The notes: generated by a model from the sequence alone, not told the origin. Shown: positions 35,630 to 48,698, numbered from the stretch's first letter. The stretch is DNA of 64,000 nt from Phyllosticta citribraziliensis (GCF_038025025.1 NW_027117350.1:930001-994000); one strand, 5' to 3'. Program-made: numbers and translations.

Positions 35630-37462
35630 ATGGCCGACGGCCAAGCCGCGCGCTTCTCCAGACGAGACTCACGCTTCAACCTGCAATCCTCGTCCTACTC
35701 CCGCAGCGATGCCGACGCCAGCAGCTTCCACTCGGCGCGCGCCTCCTTCACACCGACCCCACACCGTCAATCCCACCTGTCGCACCCAGACTCGTACTTT
35801 GTTACCACCGACTCGCCCTCCGACGACGACCGCAGCAAGCATGCCAGCGCCGGGAGCTCCACCACGCAGCCCTCCGTCCGCCTCTTCTCAGGCCAGGCCA
35901 GCGGCATCCACATTGCGCGCTCGCTGGGCACCACGCCCACGCCCAAAATGGACGACTCGTGCTCCTTGCCGCTGAGCTACCTGGACCTGGACGAGAGCGC
36001 CGCCCCCGCGCCAGTCGTAAGTCCGGACCGACGATCCAGAAGAGATCGCACTTTGGATCATGAAGCGGCCCTACCGCCAGAACGACAAAGACTTACCGCC
36101 TACCAGGACGACGAAGAACTCAGCGCCCTCCCCCCCGTCGTACCCCGAAGCCGCGACACCAAGTCGAGAGCCTCGCGCCTCTCGCGCATGACCAGCCTGC
36201 ACGCCAATAAAGAGGGTCCTTTTGACTATTCTGCCAATTCGTCCTGCTACGCCCTCAATGCCATGCCGCCACCCCCAGGTCCGCGCGCCGCTCCCGTCTC
36301 GGCTCTCGCAACCCGCCTCTACACCATTTCCTACCTCATCTTTTTTTCCATCTTCGGCACCTTGGCGCGTCTCGGCCTGCAATGGCTCACCTTTTACCCC
36401 GGCGCCCCCGTCGTCTTCAGTGAGCTGTGGGCCAACGTTGGCGGCTCCTTTGTCATGGGCTTCCTCGCCGAAGACCGTCAAATCTTTCGCGAGGAATGGG
36501 GGAACGGCGCGCCTCTGCCGCGCAACGCCAAAGATGAGTCGGCGGTCGTGACCGACATGGCCGTCCAGCACTCCAAGGTCAAGAAGACGATTCCGCTGTA
36601 CATTGGCCTGGCGACGGGCTTTTGCGGCTCCTTTACCAGCTTCTCGTCCTTTCTCCGCGACGTTTTTCTTGCGCTGTCCAACGACGCGCCCGCTCCGTTC
36701 AACCACCCCTATCCCACGGGGTCGCCGCGCCCATCCTACTCGTCAACGGTGCATCGCAACGGCGGCTACTCGTTTCTTGCGCTGATTGGCGTCATTCTCA
36801 CCACCATTGCCCTCTGCACGTCGGCCTACACCGTCGGCTGCCATTTTGCCATGTTTACGCACCCCTTTATGCCCACCCTTCCCTTTCGCGTCTCCCGCCG
36901 CATCATCGACCCCCTCTTCGTCCCTCTTGCCATTCTTTCCTGGCTCGCCGCCGTCATCATGGCCGCCGTGCCGCCCGACCGGCCCGGCGGACCCGCCGCC
37001 ACGTCGTCGTCGTGGGCATCGGAGTCGTGGCGCGGGCAGGCGCTCTTTGCGTGCGTCTTCGCGCCGCTCGGGTGCCTGCTGCGGTGGTGGCTCTCAGCGC
37101 GGCTCAACCCCTGCGTGCCGTCGTTCCCCCTGGGGACGTACGCGGTCAACATCTTCGGCACGGCGGTGCTGGGCATGGCGTTCGACCTGCAGCACGCGCG
37201 CATCGGAGGGGGCGGCGGCGTCGTCGGCGGCGGCCGCGTCGGCTGCCAGGTGCTAGAGGGCGTCATGGACGGCTTCTGCGGCTGCCTCACCACCGTCTCC
37301 ACGTGGGTCGCCGAGCTGCGCGGCCTCCGCACCAAGCAGGCGTACCTGTATGCCGCCGCCAGCGTGCTCACGGGGCTGGGCGTGCTGATTGTCGTCATGG
37401 GCAGCGTCAGGTGGAGCACGGGCTTCGAGAGCGCCGTGTGCAAGACGACGCGGTGGTCGTGA
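35630..37462 (+). CDS. FEX1: Fluoride exporter FEX (two fused Fluc/CrcB domains)
   Basis: Domain 1: IFFSIFGTLARLGL, ANVGGSFVMG, GLATGFCGSFTSFSSF. Domain 2: FAPLGCLLRW, FPLGTYAVNIFGT, GFCGCLTTVSTWVAEL. Long hydrophilic N-terminal extension. Confidence 0.95.
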   Translation: MADGQAARFSRRDSRFNLQSSSYSRSDADASSFHSARASFTPTPHRQSHLSHPDSYFVTTDSPSDDDRSKHASAGSSTTQPSVRLFSGQASGIHIARSLGTTPTPKMDDSCSLPLSYLDLDESAAPAPVVSPDRRSRRDRTLDHEAALPPERQRLTAYQDDEELSALPPVVPRSRDTKSRASRLSRMTSLHANKEGPFDYSANSSCYALNAMPPPPGPRAAPVSALATRLYTISYLIFFSIFGTLARLGLQWLTFYPGAPVVFSELWANVGGSFVMGFLAEDRQIFREEWGNGAPLPRNAKDESAVVTDMAVQHSKVKKTIPLYIGLATGFCGSFTSFSSFLRDVFLALSNDAPAPFNHPYPTGSPRPSYSSTVHRNGGYSFLALIGVILTTIALCTSAYTVGCHFAMFTHPFMPTLPFRVSRRIIDPLFVPLAILSWLAAVIMAAVPPDRPGGPAATSSSWASESWRGQALFACVFAPLGCLLRWWLSARLNPCVPSFPLGTYAVNIFGTAVLGMAFDLQHARIGGGGGVVGGGRVGCQVLEGVMDGFCGCLTTVSTWVAELRGLRTKQAYLYAAASVLTGLGVLIVVMGSVRWSTGFESAVCKTTRWS

Positions 37463-38508
37463 TGATGCTGTGGAAGTGGGAAGAGCAAGGGTTTATCAAT
37501 AAATATACATGTGGGCTGATGTTGATAGGTCACTAAAAGCACGCGCGATTGGGATTGTCATCTTTTGGGTTTGGACGGACGGGGTGGGATCTTTGTATTT
37601 GGCGGCCAGGGGCTTGGTCTGGTCTGGCCTGGCGCAATCAGGTGGAGGTAGACGAGTAGAAGAGGAGGCCGCACACCAAGGCATATCCATGATCACCATC
37701 AGATGGATGGAGAGAGGATCGAACGAAGAAGCCAGATGTTTGCGCAAGAGGCGGCGGGAGGAAAAAAAAAAAAAAACAAAGGACTTGCCTTCTCCATCCA
37801 CCCATCTATCCGTCAATCCATCCATTCTGGCATATACGCATCAACACAACAGCGACAACAGAACTCTCTTCGCTCTGCCACTCTTCTCCGGACGGTGGCG
37901 CGAGGAAGCAACACCTTTGTGTTATGTTTCCACAGCCATCCTCGACGCAGCCCAATGGCACGCCACGCCTCGCCTCGCCTCGCCATCGCCATCACCGTCA
38001 TAGCCGGACGACACGAAACCAACAGACCTCATTGACGCGTCGGTCGATCGAAGCGATGGATACGGACACACCTTCACGTACCGACACGGCGCCACGCACC
38101 CACTTCCTCGCTGGCCGTCACTGCCGCTGCCGCCGCTACTGTCGCTGCTGTCTGTTTACAATCTGTCTATCTACTGTGGATACCTCCTGCGCAGTTTTCC
38201 ATTCCCGTTTCTTTCTGTTTCGTTTAGTGTTATTGCTGCTTCGCTGCTTGCTTCGCATCATACCCCGTTCTGCTCCTCTGTCTCGTTATTCCTCCCTTCC
38301 TTCTTTCTACTTTTCTATCTTTCTCTCTCTCTTTTTTCTTCGGTGGTGGTGGTGTTGCTGCGACTCCTTCTAGTGTCATATTGGTGGACGGCTGATCTCT
38401 TGACGCCGTTTGCTGGCTGGATGGCTGGTGAAATGTAAGAAAAGACGGAGCGCCTCCTTTCCCTTTTTTTTTCTTTTTTCTTTCCCTGTGCCTCACTACT
38501 CGCCCCTG

Positions 38509-38537
38509 TGGTTTGGTTTGGTTTGGTTTGGTTCGGT
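38509..38537. repeat. (GGTTT)n pentanucleotide microsatellite
   Basis: Tandem ggttt x4 followed by ggttc units. Confidence 0.7.
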
Positions 38538-41500
38538 TCGCGCGTCTCCTGTACATACGTGTAGTCATACATACATACTCGCGCGTAGCGCGGCAGTGGC
38601 GATACATGCCCCAACTTGGTCCCGTGCTTGAAATTATTCCACGGCTGTCTGTCCGTCTGTCTACTATCTAGGCACGTGTGACATCTTCTCTACCTACCTA
38701 CGCTCCATCCACCATGTTCGTATGGCGTGGTGACTGGATGACGGGATAGATAGACACAGCTCCTTTTTTTTTCAAATTTTTTTTTTTTTCATGGTACTTT
38801 GCGTACCTCGTTATTCGCCCTGTTGTTTGCGTTTGCGTTTGCCGTTTCTCCTGTTATTTTCTTTGCACGTACACGCGTGCGTACATGGCGGCGAGGGGTG
38901 GGGGGGCATGTCCAGCCCGCCGCATGCCTATTTATCTCACGGCTGTCCTCTGCTGTGTGTCTGTCTGTCTGTCTGTCTCCCATCTACCTTAGCGAGGTGC
39001 GTGCGACATGTTCTCTACATTGCCTATGCCCTCCCTACCGTGTTCAGGACAAATTCCTAAAACAGCACGCCATGGGGACGACGGTGTGGTCAAAGTCATG
39101 ATGGTAGATAGATGCATAGATAGAAGATGTACTGAAGGCACATGGAGTGTAGAAAGCACGAGGGTAAAACGAACGAGGGAGAGGGGAAGAAGTAAGAGCA
39201 CTGCTGCCTAAAGGCGTTGTCTATGAAATAATCCATCAACCACCGTACTTATGTGTAGAGAGAAGGAGACGGATAGTCTATCGAGGTAGAGAGCTACCTA
39301 GGTACCTACCTCAGCACTCGAGACGTACTTTTGGCTGAGTACTAGGTTGCTACCTAGTCGATGCTACTTGAGAAGAGCGTCATAGTGATGGAATGAGCCG
39401 CCGTATCGTACGAGCAGTTGTCGTTCCCTTCTCTCCTCTTCCTTCAATCTGGTTGCCGACCTACCTGTCCACTTGTCCACCTACCTACCTCGACAACTGC
39501 TTCCAGCAACCCCACGCGCTACTCCCCCCGGGACATCGCCGTAGTGTGTGTAGCGCTTCCTGAAGCCACGTCCGCGCGCCCGCGCACCCACGCGCTCCAG
39601 TATTGAGCGCCTTGCGCATTATTGGAAGATAGACAGTGAAGCCGTGCGTCGAGAGCGCGAGCGCCACGAGTGGTTTGAGAAAGCCATCTGGCCAGGGCTA
39701 TGCGCGACGGCCGCACTGACAGCCATGTACGCATGGTGTAGAGCACCCGTGCGCACGCGATTCAGTCCGGCGTCGGCCCAGAAAGTAGGCAGTTGGTTGC
39801 CTCCCTGCGCAGCTGAACGGGAAAGGCTGCTTGTCAGTTCGTCAGGCATTCGACTTGACGCGTGCGCGCGTGCGTCGACGGCGGCGGCGGGCGGCGGCTG
39901 CTGGTCCTCTTCAACCTACCTGCCTTACCTACATGTATGTACCTGATCAGCCGCACTATGTCGACCTACCTCGTCGAGCTGTGCTGTACCGTCGCCCTCG
40001 GCGTAGCGACGAAGCCGAACCAACCTTCGATATTCCGTAGCGTTTTTGCTTTCTCGCTTAAGGCAGCGGTGCAGTGCGCCCTCTTTCTCGATCTTGATTG
40101 AGCCGGCCAACCTAATCTGGTGGGCGCGCGCTGGGCTGGGCTCGCTGGGTCAAAGTGCGGATAAGGGTAAATTGACGGCGCGCTTAAGTTGCGGAGGGCG
40201 AGTCGCTTCGTTGATAATGCGCGGCGACGTCGGGGGATTGCGTGCGCCTAGCCCAGGAGTCGCGCTTGGTTTTTGCACCATGTTGGCTGACTGCTCTGCT
40301 CGAGAATTGAGGCGGTGACTTGGTGTGTGCGTACTGTACTGCTGCTGCAACTGAGCAAAGGAAGGAAGCTCGCTGCGAGAGTGCTGCCGTCCGTAGTCTC
40401 CAAGAATAATCGCGAACGCACGGACGCACGCACGCACGCCAGGCCGCCGGACGGACGCGCGATAGCCTTCCCGCAAAAGCGGGGCGCGGCGCGCCAATTG
40501 GCCCAGAAAACATGGACGCGGACGGCACGCTGGCAGATCGGTGCGCGGCATGCACAGAGCAAGGCAACAGACAGTGCTAGGAGTAGTTTGCGCTGCGTGG
40601 CGGTGTCTGTTCAGTGACGACAACGATGATGGTGATGATGATGATGGGGCGGCAGCAGCGCCACCGCTCGCAGGCTCCGCCACGCGCAAACGGAAATCTT
40701 CTCATGACGGCTGGTGGTGGTGCTGTGGCTGATTCCCGGTCGTGTGCCGTCGGTTGGGCGACTGAATAAGTACCATACATGGCGGCGGCAGCCAATGAGG
40801 AGGCGTAGGCGGGGTCGCGCATCGAGTGATGGGACAAATCAAATCGTATCGACGGCGGGAGGACGAGGGTTGGATTACTGGATCGGAGTGCCTTGGGCGT
40901 CGACGGGAGGTGGTGACTACCGAATGACAGACAGAAACGGGTCGGTCTTCATGTCGGTCGAGCGAGAGGCGGGCAGGGAAAGGGACGGCGAGTCGAGGGT
41001 CTGGGCTGGTCTTGGAGCGTGTTTGGTCGGGACCGGCAATGCTTGCTGGGTGCTCTCTGCTCTTGTCGCTCGCTCCCTTCCGGGATCCCCAACCCCCCGG
41101 TGCAACGGCCCGTCATACCTGTTGGTGATGTCCAACACTGCCTCCGGTACCGATGTGAGCGCTGTCGGGCCGGCTGTATCCATCTGCGAAACAATGATTG
41201 CGAGCGTGACCGACGCTCATCTCCTTTGCGCCGGGTTGCGCTATGGTAGAGTACCGTCCGGCAGGAAGGCGTAGCGTGACGGCATGACAGCCAACGAAGG
41301 AGCCTGGGCCAGAGACGCCAGGGGAAACAAAGTGCGCACAGTCAGAAAGACAAAACGGAACAGAAAACGGATTCGATTCGCCAGGTGACGGCTCGGCGCC
41401 AGCTATGAAGGGATCCCAATTGTCCGGTTGCGCACGGGCTGGGGGCAATGGCAATAGACTCTGGTCGACCTGACGGAGCTGTGAGGTGCGGTGGTGGATT

Positions 41501-42204
41501 TCTGCTCTGCCGCGTGGGGGAGACGGAGATGGGGAGGGAAGGAAAAGGTCGGGCTCATGTGAGAGACCTGAGGTACCGTGGACGTCTTGTTGTCGTCGTC
41601 TGCTGGCTTGCGTGTCTTGGCCGACAGCAGGGAAGTGAGGAGGGGAAGCGATCGGCAGCGGAATCCAAATGTCGTCAACGCGTCGTCAGTAATGGGAGAT
41701 GAGAAGGGCGAGAGCAGAGTCAGGGGGTCTGCTTCAGTTGTTGCGGTGGTGGTGGTGCTCAGCTGGGTGCGCGTTGGACCATGATGACGTAGGCCGCGCG
41801 CAAGGTCTGGTGTCGACGATTGTCTGGTGGTAGCAGCAGCTCCAGGACATCGACTTCCGGTTCTCTGGTTTCCAGTTTCTCGCGCCTGCTTCCGTCATCG
41901 CCTGCTCGCAATTTCCCACGCTACATCTGTGGCTGGGAGAGGCTTTGTGCCACCCTGCGCCCGCATTAAAGCTACCGACCGCCTCCCGCACCCGTCGCCC
42001 GCTCTCTCTCTTGCTCTACTCTACTCTACTCTACTCTACACCCTCCACTCTCGTCCCGACGACTAACATCGCCATCGCCGAGAATCTCCACTTGTTGTTC
42101 TTGCGTTTTGGATTTTGAGATACCCAGATACCCCAGCCAAACCTTACCCCAGTCCCACCCGTTTCCACCTCTTTCCCCTCCCCTTCTCCATTCATACGGC
42201 AATC

Positions 42205-45191
42205 ATGGCAACCAGTTCTGTCAACAGGCCGACCGACCCCCAGCAGCGCGACAAGGACGTCAACAACAAGCTGCAGCTGTACGGCATCTACTCAGGTAAG
42301 TTTCCTTGACGCAATGCGACAACCCGTGCGACTTCCCCGTCGCATTCTCATGTCACGCGAGGGCGCATTCCTCCAAAACCTGCGCCAACGCGTTTGCCCC
42401 GGCGCCAAACACCTGTTTTTGCGTCGCACCACCTTCTGCAAATTCAATTGAGCCTAGACTGACAGTCCATCTCAGCTTTTACCAAGCGCAAGCTCCCCTC
42501 GGTAAGTACAAACAAACATCGCCCTGCACTTGCCGACGCTAACATGGTCGACAGAACAAGCAAGTCGATGTTGCACTGAATAGCGCTCTCGAGTCCAAGG
42601 TGCTTGCGACGCCGTCTAAGAAGCTGTCGCCCGAGGGACAAAAGATTGCTGCCGACATCAAAGACGTCATCGAGGCCGCCAAAATCCTGATTCTCACAAA
42701 GAATGACGGCAACCTCTTCCAAGACTTCATCTGGCAAACTCAGCAAATCAGCGGCGGTACTGCAGAGAAGCCCAATGTTCCCATTGACAAGCAGAGCGCC
42801 AAGCAGCAGTACAACGAAGCCTTGGAAGGCTTGAGGACCCTTGGCCAGCTCCTCATCACCAACGGCCAATTCAGAAAGCTTCGTGAGTACTCGACCCTGA
42901 AAGCGTCAATCATTTCTAACGACTGCAGTCAACGATGCCACCATCCTCATCCGGTCCATGGCTGGCGACGCGGCCACCAAGACTGCGGGCAAGGTCAACC
43001 CCACGGAAGACCAGCTGAGGCAGATTGACGAGGCTGCTGCCGACAACACCTGGCATGACGCCCCAGACATCAAGGCCATCAAGGCGAAGGCTCAGGAGCG
43101 CGTCAACAAGGCCAAGACCTTTGGCAAGAAGGAGGCCGACAAGGCCGCTGGAGACGCTACTCAGGAGGCTCACCCGGCTGGCTCTCGCGACCCCACTGAC
43201 GCTGCTGACTTGGCTGCCCAAGACCAGCAGACTGGAGGCGAGTCTGGACTCGACGCCGGCTCGGGTGCCGCTGCAGCAGCGCAGACCGTGGCGGAAGATG
43301 CGAAGGAAAAGATTCCAGACGAAAAGAAGGATCGTGCCAAGGAGTACCGTGAGCGAAGCGCCAACTACCTGAAGAGCAAGATGCCCAAGGAAAGGCGCGA
43401 GCAGACCATTTGGCGTTTGAAGAAGATGGTCGTCGAGGTTCAAGCTCACCAAGACTGTAAGTTTCGTCCTGCACCGCACGAGTTTTATGCTAACTGGATA
43501 AGACATGCGCGCCATCGAGACCCTTCTTCGTTTGGCTGAGGAGTATGCTGGCCATGGCAAGACTGTTGCTAGCCAGGGTAGTGGAGCCGTCAAAGGTGCC
43601 CATTCTGACGACAGTTTGCAATTAGCTGAGACTGACTTGCGGGTGCGTATTAGGATACACTTCAAACGAGAATATCAAAGCCGGGCTGACAGACCTTAAG
43701 ACACTGATTGAGCGACTCGCCAACAGTACCTCCCTCGACGACTTTTTCGATGCCCTCAACACAATCTACAAGGACGCTGAAAAGGACCCCGAGCTGAGGG
43801 GCTGGTTCAAGCACCTCGACACGTACATCCGCAAGTGCCTCAAGGAGCAAGGATTCATCATGCAAGATGCTGCCACCGAGGAGTGGAACGAGATCTACGA
43901 CAAGGGCCGCTTTTTGCTGCGCGACCGCTACAGGAACCACACCGACCGCATCCTCGACGAGATCAAGTTCATCGGCCAGCAGTTCGACGCTGATGCGCAG
44001 AACAAGGCCTTTGTCAACTCCCTGAACAAGCTTTTCAAGGACTTGGGCCAGGATGAGTCTGGCAACGCTTCATTCAAGCCGCACCTCCTCAAGGATCTGT
44101 CCGAGGTCGTTCTCCCCGGCATCTTTGAAAACATTCGCTACATTCCCGTGCCGCGCATCGAATACTCTGACCCCCAGATTGATGCCATTGTCGAAAACCT
44201 GGTCATTGAGGGTGACAACCTTGCGCCAAACGTTTTCGAGTTTGCCACCGACAACCACTGGCGCTGGGGCCGTAAGAAGATTAGCAACACCAACAAGAAC
44301 AAGATTATGTTGTCCGTCTCTGGCATTCAGATGGACATTCGCGACGTCAGCTACTACGTCAACAAGAAGCAAGGGTTCCCTTCGCTCAAGGACCAGGGTG
44401 TGCTGGACATTTTCCTCGGTGGTGAAGGATTCAGCTTCAAGGTTTTGGCAGAGACTGCAGACAAGTCCGACAAGCAGCACTTTTTCAAGGTTTCCAAGGT
44501 CGATGTTGATGTCAAGAACTTCAACATCAAGCTCAAGAAGTCTAGCCACAAGTTGCTCTTCACCCTCGTCAAGCCCCTATTGTTCAAGGTCATCCGCCCC
44601 GCCTTGCAAAAGGTGCTTGAGCAGCAGATTCGCCAGAACTTCATCGAGGCCGACGCTGTCCTTTACTCGGTCCACCAGGAGGCTGAACGCGCCAAGATCG
44701 AATTCCAGAAGAACCCTGACCCCGAGAACGCGCAAAACATGTACAAGCGCTATCTGTCGGTCCTGCAGAAGCACATGACCGAGGCCAAGGCGAAGAAGGA
44801 GCAGCTGAAGGAGGCTACGTCGGACAAGAAGGCCAACATCGCCATGACCCAGCACGAGTCCATCTTCAAGGACATTGCTTTGCCAGGCGGCATCTCGCAC
44901 AAGGCCACCGAGTTCAGGGACCTTGCCAGCCAGGGTGACAAGTGGGAGTCGCCCGTCTTCAGCATCGGCAACGCAAAGGAGACTACCAACCTGCCCAAGA
45001 TCCAGGCTGTCGCGCGCAAGCCGCACGGCGTCAACACTGGCGGTATTCGCGGCCCCGGTGCAGAGAAGATCGAGAGTGGCGCAGCCAATGCTAACGGTTC
45101 TGGTGTGCAGAGCCAGTCTTCATTCTCTAAGGAGGTCAATCAGGCGTTTGAGGGCGGTGTCAACGGACTGCCGACTGATGGCAAGCCTTGA
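42205..45191 (+). CDS. Conserved fungal DUF4449-family protein (BPI/TULIP-like fold by inference)
   Basis: Multi-exon, including a 26-nt exon at 42476-42501. Starts MATSSVNRPTDPQQRDKDVNNKLQLYGIYS. Motifs: KNDGNLFQDFIW, IWRLKKMVVEVQAH, YIPVPRIEYSD, KSSHKLLF, DLASQGDKWESPVF. Confidence 0.85.
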
Positions 45192-46979
45192 GCGACGCGA
45201 TCGAGTGACAGATGAGGTAAGAGGATGCGTCGTCACGGCGAAAGGAAGATGAACGGGTGACGGATTGGAAAATACCCCTTCTGGCCTGCCCAAGACTTTC
45301 TTTTGTAGTTCATTTTCCACAACTCCTCTCCAACCTCTCTCACTTTTCTTTCCTTTGTACTATTCATGATCCCACCCCCTTTTTTGTTTCATTTTTACCT
45401 CGTCGCTTTTTCCTCTCGATGTTGGTCTTGCCGCTTCTTATTTTTGATACCACGAGCGCGAAAAAGGTACACAGGATTGCTGTTCTTTTTCTTTCGATTC
45501 TCCCTCTCCCTCTCCCTTCCTCTCGCTTTTTCTCACTATGGATGGAGGAACGAAGTCGCTTCCCAGCGATTTGGCCGTAATGCTGATGGTGGTGGCGGCG
45601 GTGGTGATGGGTCGTGTTGGTGTCCGTCGAGCGTAATGTGGTGGAATATCCGAGCCGATGGTGGGTGCCGGGCGGGGATGGGTAAGGCAGGCAGACATTC
45701 ATCATCAGTACAGTAGTGTCAAGGGAGACCTCTTTTTTGGTTGTAATTCTTTCGCTGAAAATGGTGTGCGACTCTGATGCTTGATGTCGTGGACCATACT
45801 GCGTACTGACTGACTGTGTTTGGTGTGATTGTTTGCTGACAATGATAATGAGCAGAGAAGCAACCAACGCCGGGGGGGATTCGCTATCGTCATTGCTGCT
45901 TGTTTGGTGTCTTCTGTTCTGTCGAGAGCAAGCGGGCCCGCTTGCTTGCTTGCGTGATTGATTGCTTTGCTAATCATCAATTAGTCTAATCAACTACAAT
46001 TACTCTGGCAATTGCTCTGGTCCTCGCTGGCTGGCTGGCTGGCTGGCGACGTATGTACATACCTTATGTAAGTCCATCCCTGCCCTCCTCCTCCTCCTCC
46101 TTCTCCGTCCCCGTCTGCCAGACCCGACCCCCCCTTTCTATCCTTCCTCCCTACCTACCTGCTCCTATATGTTTTTGCTGACGGACACGGAAATTGCAGA
46201 GCTCCCACGATCATCTGCTTTTGAGGTAGAGGAGGGCGATTCGGCAGACATTGCGTCGCTGAAACATTGCGCGTTTATCGTTGCGTTGCGTCTTTGTCTG
46301 CAAAAGCTCCCAGGCCGAGTTGGAGAATCAGAGGTCTCGAGGGCCGCCAAAGAAACGTCTCTGACGCGGTCCATCCGGCAGAAGATCGTGAAACACGGCC
46401 TCAGGCCCGTATCGAGGTCCTGGAGAAGCGTCTCGACGAGGACCTTGACACGGACGACGACTCGGACGGCGCTTCGTCCAACCCTTCGCCACAGCATCAA
46501 GACTTCACGAGCGAGGGCGTTCCCCTTTTCCAATTCTTCTTAATATTCATCTTCTCTCTATATACAGTTCTCTTCATCACTGCTTCTTCCAAAATCCACC
46601 AGTGTTGTCTCGAACCGCGCCGCGTCTTGCCAAATGACCCGATTGAAACTTCCGGAGCGCGGACGCGTGCGTGGACGCGAGAGTCCCCAAAACGCCACAC
46701 GTGGCGGAATATCAGGGCGAATAAGAAGAAGTCAAGACTTTCCCATCAGTTCACTTCGCAAGTTGTTGTGATTGTGTGATTTGGAGCAGCCCCGCCGATT
46801 GATTGGGGAGTATAAATACTCGTCGCGTCGCTTTCTCTCTGTTCTACCAAAGACTTTGATTCCTTCACGCCTCCCTCTTGTTGCCCTGAAGCTTCTTCTG
46901 GTTACTACTCAGTGTATACACATCCACACCCACTGCTTCAAAAACTATTATATTCGAACCATTCTTTCTTTCCTCAAAC

Positions 46980-47616
46980 ATGGAATCCAACACGTCTACC
47001 CGTTTCAACGCAGCCGTTCCCATGGCCGGCAGCGTCGCGACCCCGCGCGCTCACAAGCAGACCGAAGTAAGCACTGCCTCTCTCCTCTGCCCACTGCTCC
47101 CTCCCCACTGCCACAGTGCCATGAGCTCAGACTGATCGTGTGTCTGTAGGACGCTCCCCTGGTGACCAGCGCCACAGCGAGCGAACTCAATGGTGAGCCC
47201 GAGGACTACAAGGTACGTCGCGTCCCCACCCACTACTCATGTCTTGCGCCAAAACTGACTGGAAGCAGCACACCACAAAGTTCGAAGCCCTCGCCGCCTT
47301 GCGAGCACTCATGTCTTCCGGCGTGGTGAACCTCGAGTTTATCAGCCCCGAGAACCAAGAGCTCGCCCGCGCGGTTGTCGAGGGCGACGCCACGTTCGAA
47401 GGTCCTGAGGGCGTTGATGGTGATGAGGACGCAGATGACGGCGACGAGCGTTTTTCCATTCTTGCGCACTCGATCGGCCACGTGTTGCAGTGGTTTGAGG
47501 ACCTTCATCGCTTCAACATGCGCACTCGCGAGATGGAGGCGCAGTTTGCGCACCTGGAGGCTGCGCCCATGGAGGACGATGAGGAGACTGCTTCGGACTC
47601 CACTGAGAGTGCCTAG
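46980..47616 (+). CDS. Orphan acidic protein (about 165 aa, three exons)
   Basis: TATAAA at 46811 and AAAC-ATG at 46980. Exons 46980-47066, 47150-47212 and 47269-47616, with canonical GTAAGC/GTACGT donors, CTGAT/CTGAC branch sites and phase-0 joins that preserve frame. Confidence 0.7.
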
Positions 47617-48698
47617 AGCGGAGGAGGAGGATGAAGACGAGGAGGGTCTGTCCTGTGGTGAGACTTTCTAATTTCCTGTCCTATCCCGTACTGCCTGCTT
47701 ACGACGAAACAGGGGGGTACCGACGTGCTGGCTGTATTTATACTCTCGACTGTTGTTGAATTTTTCGAGTGGAAGCCCTCAGGCTGTCAGGAGTTCAGGG
47801 ATTGAGAAGAGTGTGGACTGCTTCTTGGACTTGCTTGTTTTCCTTTTGGTTTAGTCTTTCTGATGCTGTCTTTATTGTCGGAAAGCAGAGTAGAAACTAG
47901 TCAATGTCATGGCTCAAAAGCAAATGTCTTTGTTCGTCTTACCCTTGGTGTTAAATTTGCATGGGAGACTGATTCTGCCCAGCGCACGTTGCGTAATTGA
48001 GCATGCACCTCTCACGCATGTCGACATTTTTTTGACACTGTGCTGCTGATAGGATATGTTAGTGAATTCCCATCCTCTGGTACTTCCTGGCCTGCAGTTT
48101 CGCTTTAGCACACACCTTTCAGTTCACTTTACACATTATCCTGATCACGTCATGTTCTGATCACATCATGTTGTTTGCTCGTTTGAAGAGAGAGTCGCTG
48201 TTCAGGATCTGCTTCATGACAGCGACAGCGACGACGATGGTGGTGCCGATGAAGTTACTACGAGCACAGTGGAGGGCGGCATCGCTTCGGCTGAAGGCGA
48301 CTGAGATGCCAGAGTCCTGTTGCGCTTGGAGTGAAGGCGGACGGCGACGGCGATTTTGAGGATATCGGGGGCGGAGGACTGTGGTTTTCCTGTCCGCAAG
48401 ACGGTTCTTGAGTCAATTGGAAAAGGTGTGGGAAGGCGGAGTGGAAAACAGATTGACTGTGTCTGCGTTTCCTTTGGTGTTGAATATGAATAGGAGACTG
48501 ATTCACCGGACGCTACGTAAATGGGCATGCGCCTCTCTTGCATCTTGGCTTTGTCTAACATTGTCCTGACTTTCGCCTTTGTTCACTCAAAGTCCCTTCA
48601 GTCCAGATTATTCTAATTGTGTTATTTGGAGCGGTCGCAGTAACTGACTGGAGCGTGAATTCATTGAAATAATAAAAAACCCCGGCTTTCAAAGTGCA

